The position numbers were made by a program, and so were the translations under genes. A stretch of DNA of 53,451 nucleotides from an uncultured Eubacteriales bacterium (GTDB taxonomy: Bacteria > Bacillota > Clostridia > Oscillospirales > Oscillospiraceae): NCBI GenBank assembly GCA_949294945.1, contig CASFJB010000003.1, forward strand, positions 1 through 53,451, given 5' to 3'. Positions 10,760 to 19,292 of this stretch are shown here, piece by piece (positions within the stretch are counted from its first letter, which is position 1; each line of letters starts with the position of its first letter). The notes below the pieces were generated by a model that was not told where the DNA came from, searched no databases, and was given only the letters and a program-made list of their open reading frames with translations.

Positions 10760-11776
10760 ATGCCTAAGCTCAGTGTGGTGATCCCTGTCTATAACGTAGA
10801 GGGCTATATCCGCAAATGCCTGGACTCTCTGACGGAGCCGGGCCGCATCCGCCTTGCCTCCGGTCAGGAGCCGGGATATGAGATAATCATTGTCAACGAC
10901 GGCTCCACCGACACCTCTGGTGAGATTGCGGAGGAATACCGGCAGAGCTGTCCCCGGCTGATAAAACTCATCTCCATTGAAAACAGCGGCCAGGGCCAGG
11001 CACGGAATGTGGGCATGGAGGCCGCCTCCGGGGAATTTCTGTATTTTATAGACAGCGACGACTACCTGGCCCCAGGGGCCATGGCGGAACTGCTGGATAT
11101 TGTGGAGCAGGATTTCGACATCTGCATCTTTGATTCCATTGCGGTAAACACTCTGGGACAGGAGCTGGAATACCGTCCCGGCTGCCGGTGCAGCCCTCCC
11201 CTGACCCTGGCCGCCCACCCGGAGTTGCTGCTGGAAAATCCCGACGTGTGGAACAAGCTCTTTCGCCGCAGCCTCTTCATGGACAATGATATCCGCTTCA
11301 GCCCCCGGGTCTGGTTCGAGGACCTGCGGACGGTGCCCAAGCTCTATGCCTATACGGATAAGACCGTCTATATCCCCAAAGCCTTTCACCGCTATGTCCA
11401 GCGGCCTGACTCCGTCACCAACACCAGTAAGGTCCGGCGGAATCTGGAGATAATTCCGGCGGTGGACGAGCTGATCGGCTTCTATAAATCTCTTGGGATG
11501 TACGGACAGCTGAAGGATGTACTGGAATGCCTGGCCTTCCACAGCCAGTTTCTCACCTCCTCGGTGCGGGCAAACCTGGCGGATTGGAAAAGCCCGGTAC
11601 AGGCTGAGCTTGCCCGGGATTTCCTTGAAAAATTCCCGGACTATAAGGCAAACCCCTATGTGGGCAGTATGAGCCTTCAGCATAAGCTGCTGAGCTTTCT
11701 GCTGCTGCACCGGATGTATCTTGGCGTGCACATACTGATGAAGCTGAACAACAGGCTGAAAAACAAGAGAGTCTAA
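10760..11776 (+). CDS. family 2 glycosyltransferase (tandem paralog)
   Basis: MPKLSVVIPVYNVEGYI, NDGSTD and DSDD. It is collinear with the 9760-10746 product over its whole length. Confidence 0.88.
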   Translation: MPKLSVVIPVYNVEGYIRKCLDSLTEPGRIRLASGQEPGYEIIIVNDGSTDTSGEIAEEYRQSCPRLIKLISIENSGQGQARNVGMEAASGEFLYFIDSDDYLAPGAMAELLDIVEQDFDICIFDSIAVNTLGQELEYRPGCRCSPPLTLAAHPELLLENPDVWNKLFRRSLFMDNDIRFSPRVWFEDLRTVPKLYAYTDKTVYIPKAFHRYVQRPDSVTNTSKVRRNLEIIPAVDELIGFYKSLGMYGQLKDVLECLAFHSQFLTSSVRANLADWKSPVQAELARDFLEKFPDYKANPYVGSMSLQHKLLSFLLLHRMYLGVHILMKLNNRLKNKRV

Positions 11777-11798
11777 ACACGCAAGGGGGACGTCAGAT

Positions 11799-12392
11799 TT
11801 GATAAAGACTAGGGAAGATTTGAAATATTACCTGGAGTGCGACCGGCTGGCCCGGGGAGAGCAGAAGCTCCGCCCCTCCCTTCTGGGAGACAAGATGTGG
11901 AAATTCCAGATACTGTACCGGAAGGCAGAGTATCACTACAACAACCGCAGCAATCCCTGGCACCGGCTCATGTACTACGCCGACTATTTTACCTTCCGGC
12001 GCAAGCGGGACAGGCTGTGCTCCGAGCTGCCTCTCAACGTCTTTGCCGAGGGCCTGGTCATATGGCACGGCCAGAACATAATCGTCAACGAGAGTGCAAA
12101 GGTGGGCAGGAACTTCTCCATCTCCGCCGGCTGCTGCATAGGCCAGGCCCACGGTGAGGCTCCGGTCATCGGGGACAATGTGGAGATGACCATCGGCAGC
12201 ATGGTGCTGGGCGGCATCCGCATCGCCTCCGATGTGACCATCGGCGCCGGGGCCGTGGTGGTCAAGAACATTGACAGCCCCGGTACCAGCTGGGGCGGTG
12301 TTCCCGCCCGGTGCATCTCCCACCGGGAAAACGCCTATGTGGCCGAGAAAAAGCAGCGCCTCCAGGCCATACTCCGCCAGGACATAAAATGA
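11799..12392 (+). CDS. hexapeptide-repeat (LbH) O-acetyltransferase, serine acetyltransferase-like
   Basis: 197 aa with C-terminal hexapeptide repeats IGDNVEMTIGSMVLGGIRIASDVTIGAGAVVVKNI, in a glycan-cluster context. Confidence 0.8.
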   Translation: MIKTREDLKYYLECDRLARGEQKLRPSLLGDKMWKFQILYRKAEYHYNNRSNPWHRLMYYADYFTFRRKRDRLCSELPLNVFAEGLVIWHGQNIIVNESAKVGRNFSISAGCCIGQAHGEAPVIGDNVEMTIGSMVLGGIRIASDVTIGAGAVVVKNIDSPGTSWGGVPARCISHRENAYVAEKKQRLQAILRQDIK

Positions 12393-12403
12393 GCTTTTAC
12401 ATG

Positions 12404-12441
12404 AAAAATACACATCTCCCCGCCGGGAGATGTGTATTTTA
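12404..12441. terminator. bidirectional intrinsic terminator between convergent genes
   Basis: Perfect 15-bp stem AAATACACATCTCCC / GGGAGATGTGTATTT with loop CGCC. An A-run lies on the left and a T-run on the right. Confidence 0.8.
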
Positions 12442-12445
12442 ATAT

Positions 12446-13384
12446 CTATTTTGAGATCTTAGCCTTCATGTCCAGCAGGCCCATGGCCAGCCGGTCAAGA
12501 CCCATGTAATTCAGGCGCATCACCAGCCGCCTGTTCCGGCTCTCTCTCCGGTAGCAGGCACAGCTGCCCAGGTCTGGGATCTTCTCCCGCACATAGGCCC
12601 GGAGCCGGGAAAGCACCTCTCCCCGGTCCGGCGTATCCTGGCGGGACACCCGGCTGACGGCATCCAAAAGCACATGGTTAATCAGGAAAAACTCAAACTC
12701 CTCCCGGTGTTCCGGCAGCATCTGCTCCGAGAGCATGTCCATTATCTTCAGCATGTCCAGGTTTTTTGCGGAGTTGTTGTTGCGCATGGTGGAGTCCTGG
12801 TGCCTGCGGTAGATATACAGCGGCTCCCTGACATACTCTACCTTCTTTGCCCTGATGAGCATCATGGCGGAGAAATAGAAATCCTCATACCAGAGCCCCA
12901 CGGGAAAGCGCAGTTCCCCCACCAGTTCCCGGCGGAATATCTTGTTGCAGGCCGAGCCTGCGGAGGCCAGGGGGTGCTCCTGAACGCAGGCGGGGAGAGC
13001 TTCTTCCCTGCCGTCATCGTAGCGGGCCAGCCAGTCGCAGACCGCCACATCGGCCCCGGTCTCCTCCGCCCTGGCAATGAGCTTTTCGTACATGTCCGGG
13101 GCTATGGTATCGTCGCTGTCTATAAAGCCCAGGAATTCCCCCCGGGCCTCCGGGATGGCGAAGTTCCTGGCCCGGCCCTGGCCGCCGTTATCCACCCGGC
13201 GCAGTCTTATCAGCTCCGGGTATCTGTCTCTGTACTCCTCCAGCACGGCGGCGGTGCCGTCGGTGGAACCGTCGTCCACCAGGAGTATCTCAAAATCCCC
13301 GATGCTCTGTCCCACCAGGGAGTCCAGGCACTGGCGGATATAGGGCAGCACATTGTATACCGGTACGATAATACTAAGCTTCAT
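12446..13384 (-). CDS. family 2 glycosyltransferase
   Basis: MKLSIIVPVYNV, DDGSTDGT and DSDD. The ATG at 13384 has GGAG 9 nt upstream. The track start at 13399 is a GTG. Confidence 0.88.
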   Translation of the reverse strand: MKLSIIVPVYNVLPYIRQCLDSLVGQSIGDFEILLVDDGSTDGTAAVLEEYRDRYPELIRLRRVDNGGQGRARNFAIPEARGEFLGFIDSDDTIAPDMYEKLIARAEETGADVAVCDWLARYDDGREEALPACVQEHPLASAGSACNKIFRRELVGELRFPVGLWYEDFYFSAMMLIRAKKVEYVREPLYIYRRHQDSTMRNNNSAKNLDMLKIMDMLSEQMLPEHREEFEFFLINHVLLDAVSRVSRQDTPDRGEVLSRLRAYVREKIPDLGSCACYRRESRNRRLVMRLNYMGLDRLAMGLLDMKAKISK

Positions 13385-14865
13385 CACGGTTTTCTCCACA
13401 AATTGTTTTCCTCAGTCACCGGCTTGACTCTGGTCTGGTAGTATATGAGTCCCAGCACCAAAGCCATGTAGAAGGAGACGTTGGGCCGCCGCAGCACCGA
13501 GCCGGAGAATTGGGCCAGCCCTATAAACAGAGCGAAGGTAATAAGCAGGATAAAGTTGTCCGTAGTAAATGCCGTCTTGAAGTTTTTCAGCAGCCGCCAG
13601 ATTATCAGCAGGGCAAAGTAAGCCACAAAGGCCCCATAGGCCCCAAAGCCCAGATATCCATAGTAATAGAAAATGGCGGGCCAGTCGTTCTCCAGGTCGC
13701 AGCTGCCGGTGAGCCAGATGTCGGAGACGTCGATGCCGAAGAGATGGGTCAGGCCGTCGCTGTGCTTCCACATCATGGAGGCGTAGGCGCTTTTAAGCTG
13801 CCTAACGTTTATGAGGGTCTGGGCATCGGTGGTAAAGTCGTACTCGGCCATTATCTCATCGATGGTGAAGCGGTCGAACATGTTGGGCATGATGTTCCAC
13901 AGCATTTTCCTGTAGTAATACTCATAGACCTGATGCACCTGCGGGTCATTGAGTATATCCTCCCGGGTGATGCTGCCCGGGTCATAGCCCATATCCTCCA
14001 GTTGCTTGTCTATCTCGCTCTGGTTAAGTTCGGCAAAGCTGGTCTGAGCAAAGCGCACCTTGTACATGGGAGTATAGGGGGTCAGCACCACTGCCAGCAG
14101 CGACAGGGCCAGCAGAGTTATCACCACCGGCTTTTTGAGCTTTGTCCCTTTTATGAATTTTTCCGCTATCATGAATCCGGCAAAGCCTGTGAATATCACG
14201 TAGACTGCAAAGTAGCAGGCCTTGGTGCCGTTGGACAGGAGCACCAGCAGCGTTAGGGCAGGCACCAGTATATTCACCAAGAGTTTTTCCGACTTCACTG
14301 CGCAGAAGACGGAGAAGGCCGCCAGGGTTACAACTATCACACTGTTGGCGCAGCGGTTATCATCGATGACCCAGCCGCTTATTCCCAGGCCGTCGCCGTA
14401 GGTGACGTTGGCTGTGCCTGTTATCCAGGCAAGGCCGACAGAGGCGGCGGTGATGGCGGCGGCAAAGAAGAGGCCCCAGTAGGCCTGGTTTCTGGTCTGC
14501 TCATTGCGTATGCAATGGATAAAGCACACCGCCAGGATGGGCATCTGGGCGGTCTTTGCTGCATAGGAGATGTCGAAGCTCATGCTCACATAGCCTATGC
14601 GCAGGCAGTTAAGTATGTGCAGCAGGCAGACCGCTGCAATTGCCGCCATGGAAAGGACGAAGGCCCTCTTCTCCTTCAGGGTAAAGAGAAGATAAAGGGG
14701 CAGCAGCAGCATTATCAGCAGCCTGATAAGTCCCGCCAGGGTGCCCTCCGGGCTTTTGGTCCAGTAGGCCAGGATGTCCAGCACCGGCTGAAGAATGATC
14801 AGCAGCATGAGCCAGTGGTTCTGGATGTAGTTTTTCATTGATTTTATCTTGTAATTTTCACTCAT
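13384..14865 (-). CDS. polytopic membrane protein, O-antigen ligase/polymerase-like (Wzy_C type)
   Basis: About 10-12 hydrophobic segments with a large loop, an LLSNGTKACYF segment, and a glycan-cluster context. The ATG at 14865 overlaps the upstream stop (ATGA). Confidence 0.6.
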   Translation of the reverse strand: MSENYKIKSMKNYIQNHWLMLLIILQPVLDILAYWTKSPEGTLAGLIRLLIMLLLPLYLLFTLKEKRAFVLSMAAIAAVCLLHILNCLRIGYVSMSFDISYAAKTAQMPILAVCFIHCIRNEQTRNQAYWGLFFAAAITAASVGLAWITGTANVTYGDGLGISGWVIDDNRCANSVIVVTLAAFSVFCAVKSEKLLVNILVPALTLLVLLSNGTKACYFAVYVIFTGFAGFMIAEKFIKGTKLKKPVVITLLALSLLAVVLTPYTPMYKVRFAQTSFAELNQSEIDKQLEDMGYDPGSITREDILNDPQVHQVYEYYYRKMLWNIMPNMFDRFTIDEIMAEYDFTTDAQTLINVRQLKSAYASMMWKHSDGLTHLFGIDVSDIWLTGSCDLENDWPAIFYYYGYLGFGAYGAFVAYFALLIIWRLLKNFKTAFTTDNFILLITFALFIGLAQFSGSVLRRPNVSFYMALVLGLIYYQTRVKPVTEENNLWRKP

Positions 14866-17081
14866 GTCTCTATCACCGAATACCATTTCTCCGCCACCTT
14901 CTCCTCCGAGAACTCTCCGGCATGGAGCAGGGCACGGCGGCCCATCTGTCTCAGAAGTTCAGGCTTGGACATCATTTCCAGCAGTCTCTCTTCATAGGCG
15001 GCCTCATCTCCCTCCGCCGCCAGGTAGCCGTCCTCTCCCGGGTGGACGATGAAGCCGGGGCCCACCCGAACGTCATAGGCCAGGATGGGCAGAGCGCAGC
15101 TCTGGGCCTCCAGCAGCACGAAGGGGAAGCCCTCGGAGCTGGAGGACATGGCAAAGATGGAAGCTTTGCACATTTCCTCTTCCACCTGTTCCCCGTTTTT
15201 CCTTCCCGCCAGGAGGATGTAGTCCTCCGCTCCCAGCTCATGTATCTCCTGAGCCAGGGCAGCGGCATCCTCCCCGTCTCCCAGTATCTTCAGCTTCCAG
15301 TCCGGAGCCTGGGGATGTATGCGGGCAAACTGCCTTATCAGCAGGTCGAAGCGCTTCACCTTGGTGAGCCGCCCGGCGGCCAGTGCGGTTTTCTCTCTTT
15401 CCCTCAGCTCCGGGTGCTCAGGATAGTGCACCAGGAAATTGGGGATATACACAAGTTTCGTATGGCTGTTTTTACCTGCCATCATCCTCTCCGCCTCTTC
15501 CACCAGTTGAGGTGTCAGCAGAGCCATGATGTCTACGCCCTCATAGCCTTTTTCAAAACCCCGCACATATTTTTTCTCAAAGCGGTGGTCGTGGTGCAGC
15601 TGTCCTATCTTCAGGACATTGGGGCTGCCGTAACGGGACAGGAGCAGATTGTGCTCGTGGCGGGTGGTGATTATGACCCCATCATGGATATTCTTTATGA
15701 CCCGGGCCACGGTGCGCCGTTTTCCGGTGAGTATCTTCACGCTCCTTATGCTCTCTTTTATGAACCGAAGGGGCCTCAGCTCCCGGAGCGCCGCCTTCCA
15801 CTGTTCCCTGTTGGGAGTGTCGCCCAGCAGGTATAGCACCCGCACCCCCTCAGCCACGGGAAAGGCCGGGGAATCCGGCATGTCGTAGACGCTGAACAGC
15901 TTCACCTCATAGCGCTTGGCGAAGATGTTTGCCATGCTGATGATGGCTTTCTCCACTCCGCCCACGCCCAGGTGCAGGGCAATGATGCTTACGGTCTTTT
16001 TCTTCTCCGGCCTTGCCCGGAAGTCCTCTTCCGCCAGGGCCTTGATACTCTCAATTATCTCTGCGTTGTACTGGCGCAGGTCGTCTCTCCGCTTAGGTTC
16101 CTTTTTGGCATGCACCACCGCATCCAGTATATCCTCTCTGCCCACCAGGCCCCGGCTGTATCTCTCCAGATTCTTGGTGCAGTAGAGGGGCAGGCCCAGG
16201 GCCTTGGCCTCCATGATGTTCAAAGGCTGGCCCTCATAGCGGGAGGTGGAAACGAAGGCGTCCATCCTGTCCATGTATTTGAAGGGGTTGGTCTGCTGGC
16301 CCAGGAATGTGACCTTGTCGGTGAGGCCCAGGCTGTCCCTCTGGTATTCCAGGGCAAAGCGCTTGTCCCCGTTCCCAATGATATACAGATGCAGGTCATC
16401 CCTGTGTCTGGCCGCCTTGGCGAAGAGCTCCAGCATGATGTCGTAGCCCTTCTGATGGCAGAGCCTGCCCAGGGCGACGAAATTCAGTTTCTCCGGGTCC
16501 GGGGCAAAGTCAAAGTCCTCTTCCGCCTTCTGGTATATCTCCCCTGTGTCTATAGTGTTTTGGATGACGGTGAACTTCTCCGGGTCGTAGATGCCGCTGC
16601 TGACCATGAAAGGTTCGATCACGCCCTGGGAGACGCCCACGAATCTGTCGTAATATTTGAACTTGTCCTTGAAGTTGAACCAGAGCACACGGTACTTCCA
16701 CTCGTTTTCCAGCTTCACGCTCACATTGTTGTGTATCCACATCACCCGGCGCTTGGCGGGGACGGTGAGGGCCCCCAGGGCACAGGAAAACTGGTAGGAG
16801 TTAAAGTCGATGGCCAGGTCGTATTCCGGGCAATCTCCGAAATCCAGGCTCACCATATTCCTGGCAATGTCAAAAGGTATGAAGGAGCAGAGACGGGGCA
16901 GGTGCTTCAGGTATTTTATATTCAGCTGGGGCGGGAAATCCACTTTCCAGAAAGACTTCTTCTCCGAAAGGTAGAGGTCCACCTGATAGTTCTCATAGTC
17001 GAAGTTCCGCAGGAGGTTCACCAGGGACTTCTGTATTCCCCCCACGTCCAGATTATCCTGAAAGAAGGCTATCCTCTTCAT
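14862..17081 (-). CDS. two-module GT-B glycosyltransferase (GT4-GT4 fusion)
   Basis: 739 aa containing two complete GT4-like halves. Each has an E-x7-E segment: STSRYEGQPLNIMEAKALGLP and SSSEGFPFVLLEAQSCALP. Confidence 0.8.
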   Translation of the reverse strand: MKRIAFFQDNLDVGGIQKSLVNLLRNFDYENYQVDLYLSEKKSFWKVDFPPQLNIKYLKHLPRLCSFIPFDIARNMVSLDFGDCPEYDLAIDFNSYQFSCALGALTVPAKRRVMWIHNNVSVKLENEWKYRVLWFNFKDKFKYYDRFVGVSQGVIEPFMVSSGIYDPEKFTVIQNTIDTGEIYQKAEEDFDFAPDPEKLNFVALGRLCHQKGYDIMLELFAKAARHRDDLHLYIIGNGDKRFALEYQRDSLGLTDKVTFLGQQTNPFKYMDRMDAFVSTSRYEGQPLNIMEAKALGLPLYCTKNLERYSRGLVGREDILDAVVHAKKEPKRRDDLRQYNAEIIESIKALAEEDFRARPEKKKTVSIIALHLGVGGVEKAIISMANIFAKRYEVKLFSVYDMPDSPAFPVAEGVRVLYLLGDTPNREQWKAALRELRPLRFIKESIRSVKILTGKRRTVARVIKNIHDGVIITTRHEHNLLLSRYGSPNVLKIGQLHHDHRFEKKYVRGFEKGYEGVDIMALLTPQLVEEAERMMAGKNSHTKLVYIPNFLVHYPEHPELREREKTALAAGRLTKVKRFDLLIRQFARIHPQAPDWKLKILGDGEDAAALAQEIHELGAEDYILLAGRKNGEQVEEEMCKASIFAMSSSSEGFPFVLLEAQSCALPILAYDVRVGPGFIVHPGEDGYLAAEGDEAAYEERLLEMMSKPELLRQMGRRALLHAGEFSEEKVAEKWYSVIET

Positions 17082-17171
17082 TAAGACATCCTCACGAAAA
17101 CATGTTTTGACAGTTTATTTTAACTCAAAATCTCCCGCATGTAAAGTTCAAGCTGTCTCTTTATGTCCCGC

Positions 17172-17220
17172 ATGATGCAAAGGCTCCAGGGGCCGCCCGT
17201 CCCTAGAGCCTTTGCATCAT
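17172..17220 (-). terminator. hairpin at the end of the folate operon (no clear U-tract)
   Basis: 15-bp stem ATGATGCAAAGGCTC / GAGCCTTTGCATCAT with a 19-nt loop. It overlaps the MTHFS stop codon. Confidence 0.3.
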
Positions 17221-17771
17221 ATCTCTTTTCTTCTGTATACCCGCTCTTCCGTCACCACGGCATCCATGGGTACATCCCAGCTTTGGGCCTCCAGGACCTC
17301 CGCCCGCTGAAACTCGTAGGCCACGGCAACGAACTTGGCCCTGGTGCACCTGGGGAGAAAACGGTCGTAATATCCCCCGCCCATGCCAAGACGGCGGCAG
17401 CCGGCGTCAAAGGCGGTGCAGGGGCAGAGCACCAGGTCTATCTCCTCCGGGGCGATCTCCCGGGAGAGCTCCCGTACAGGCTCCGGTATGCCGAAGGCCC
17501 CTTTCTTCCAGGCCCCCTCCCCCTCCGGCAGCAGGGCGCACATCTCTCCCGCTCCGGTACAAAGAGGGTAGGCAAAGACCTTCCCCCGGAGCAGCTCCAG
17601 GCTCACCTCTCCCTGAACCGCCCTGTATATCATCACGGTCCGGGCCTGCCTGTATTCCGGCAGCTCCTCCACATTCTTTACGATACTCCGGGACAGCTTC
17701 TCCACAGTGTCCCGGTCCAGAGCCCTTCTGGCCCGGCGCATCTCCCGGCGAATGGTATCTGCATCCCTCAT
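17217..17771 (-). CDS. 5-formyltetrahydrofolate cyclo-ligase (MTHFS)
   Basis: 184 aa from MRDADTIRREMRRARRAL, with a GMGGGYYDR motif near the C-terminus. The ATG at 17771 overlaps the folD stop (ATGA). The 367-aa track ORF is an out-of-frame extension through folD. Confidence 0.85.
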   Translation of the reverse strand: MRDADTIRREMRRARRALDRDTVEKLSRSIVKNVEELPEYRQARTVMIYRAVQGEVSLELLRGKVFAYPLCTGAGEMCALLPEGEGAWKKGAFGIPEPVRELSREIAPEEIDLVLCPCTAFDAGCRRLGMGGGYYDRFLPRCTRAKFVAVAYEFQRAEVLEAQSWDVPMDAVVTEERVYRRKEI

Positions 17772-18649
17772 TTTAGGCTCCTCTCCGCCGCCGCTGCAAC
17801 ATGCTTCATCAGCACCCCAGAGGTGACCCGGCCCACTCCTCCCGGCACGGGGCTTATTGCCTCCACGGTCTTTTCCACTTCCCGGAATACCGTATCTCCC
17901 ACGAAGCCTCCCAGGCTTCCGTCGGCGTTTTTCAGCTCCGGCAGGAAGTTCATGGATACATCCAGCACCGTCTGCCCCGGCCGCACCATATCTCCGGTGA
18001 CAAGTCCCGGCCTGCCGGCGGCACAGATTATGATGTCCGCCTGGCGGCAGATGTCCCCCAGGCCTTCCGTGCGGCTGTGGCAGAGCGTTACGGTGGCATC
18101 TCTGGCCGTCAGAAGCATGGCCAGCGGCCTGCCCACCACCAGGCTTCTGCCTATCACTGCCGCTCTTTTGCCCCGGCATTCTATGCCGTAGTGATCCAAC
18201 ATCTCCAGACAGGCCTGGGCGGTACAGGGCGGGAAGCCCGCCCCCTCTCCGGTATATATTGTAGCAGCGGAGGCGGCGGTGCAGCCGTCCACGTCCTTTT
18301 CCGGGGCAAGGGCCTTGCATATTTCCCTCTGCTCCGCCGCAAGCTGCCCCGGCAAAGGCCGGAAAATAAGGCAGCCGTGTACGGTCCTGTCGGCGCTGAG
18401 CTCATTCAGCAGCTTTTTAAGCTCTTCCGGCGACGCCGTCTCAGGCAGCAAGCGCAGTCCTGCCTCTATCCCGCTGTGCCGGGCCTGGCGAAGGATGCTC
18501 TTTTCATAGGCAAGGTCCTCCTCCCGCTCTCCGCAGCGGACCAGGACAAGTTTCGGTACGATGCCCTGTTCCCTGAGCAGGGCGCTGCGCCCGGATATCT
18601 CTTTCTCCAGAGCTTCGGCCACCTCTTTGCCGGATAAAAGCTTTGCCAT
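17768..18649 (-). CDS. folD: bifunctional methylene-THF dehydrogenase / methenyl-THF cyclohydrolase
   Basis: MAKLLSGKEVAEAL start at 18649 with a GAGGAGGTAA RBS, plus GRSLVVGRPLAMLL and PGGVG motifs. Confidence 0.93.
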   Translation of the reverse strand: MAKLLSGKEVAEALEKEISGRSALLREQGIVPKLVLVRCGEREEDLAYEKSILRQARHSGIEAGLRLLPETASPEELKKLLNELSADRTVHGCLIFRPLPGQLAAEQREICKALAPEKDVDGCTAASAATIYTGEGAGFPPCTAQACLEMLDHYGIECRGKRAAVIGRSLVVGRPLAMLLTARDATVTLCHSRTEGLGDICRQADIIICAAGRPGLVTGDMVRPGQTVLDVSMNFLPELKNADGSLGGFVGDTVFREVEKTVEAISPVPGGVGRVTSGVLMKHVAAAAERSLK

Positions 18650-18650
18650 T

Positions 18651-19280
18651 TTACCTCCTCTGCTCCATGAGAGCGGCCATGACTTTGCCGTATATCTCCC
18701 CATGGAGCTCTTCGCAGCTCTTCTGTATCTCCAGACAGGCGGCATTCAGTCTCTCGGCCTCCGCTCTGTCCTTCAGACTTTTGGTGTTGATGTATACGTT
18801 AAGTGCCGCAGAATCTACGGCGGCCTTTAGCATGGCGGCGGCGCAGCCGGCGTCGGACACCGCCATCACCGAGCCCTTTTCCGCCATAAGCTTTGTCAGT
18901 TCCATGGCCCGGAGCGCAAGTTCCATTATCTTCTTCGGCGCGGTACAGGCGGTCAGAGTCGCCCATTCCAGCTTCTCCTCCCGGCCCGGCTCATCCTTGG
19001 GCAGTCTGTAGGTTTGACTGAGGGGTATGAAGCCCTCAGCATCCTCCATCACCGTATCCAGCAGCATTTCCCGGAGCTCTTCCAGTTCCGCCGCCGCTGC
19101 CCTTATCTCTTCCTCCACCCCGGCATAGCGCTTTTTGCCCACTGTCAGAGCGGCCACCATTTCCCCAAGGGCCGTCCCCAGGGCTCCGGCAAGAGCCGCC
19201 GCTCCGCCGCCGCCGGGAGTCGGGCTTTCGGAGGCCAGGAGGGCAGTAAAGTCCCGGCAGCTTTCCTTTGTGTAGTCCAT
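18651..19280 (-). CDS. cyclodeaminase/cyclohydrolase family protein (FTCD_C / FchA-like)
   Basis: 209 aa, all-helical, with N-terminal LASESPTPGGGGAAALAGALGTALGEMV, which is typical of the FTCD C-terminal domain family. Confidence 0.8.
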   Translation of the reverse strand: MDYTKESCRDFTALLASESPTPGGGGAAALAGALGTALGEMVAALTVGKKRYAGVEEEIRAAAAELEELREMLLDTVMEDAEGFIPLSQTYRLPKDEPGREEKLEWATLTACTAPKKIMELALRAMELTKLMAEKGSVMAVSDAGCAAAMLKAAVDSAALNVYINTKSLKDRAEAERLNAACLEIQKSCEELHGEIYGKVMAALMEQRR

Positions 19281-19292
19281 TCCCGCTCCCTC

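Noticed and set aside
9760-10760. Exact 1000-nt offset between the two GT2 start codons, as a possible designed or periodic signal.
   Set aside because: This is a simple consequence of a tandem duplication of similar-length genes with a 13-nt spacer. The DNA identity is only moderate.
10733-11731. 332-aa minus-strand ORF across the second GT2 gene.
   Set aside because: It is an antisense shadow of a gene with canonical GT2 motifs, and its translation is low in information.
17772-18320. N-terminal 183-aa extension of the MTHFS ORF (the track gives a 367-aa ORF).
   Set aside because: It runs out of frame through the well-supported folD gene and is Arg/Gly/Pro-rich. The MTHFS homology begins at the ATG at 17771, which overlaps the folD stop.
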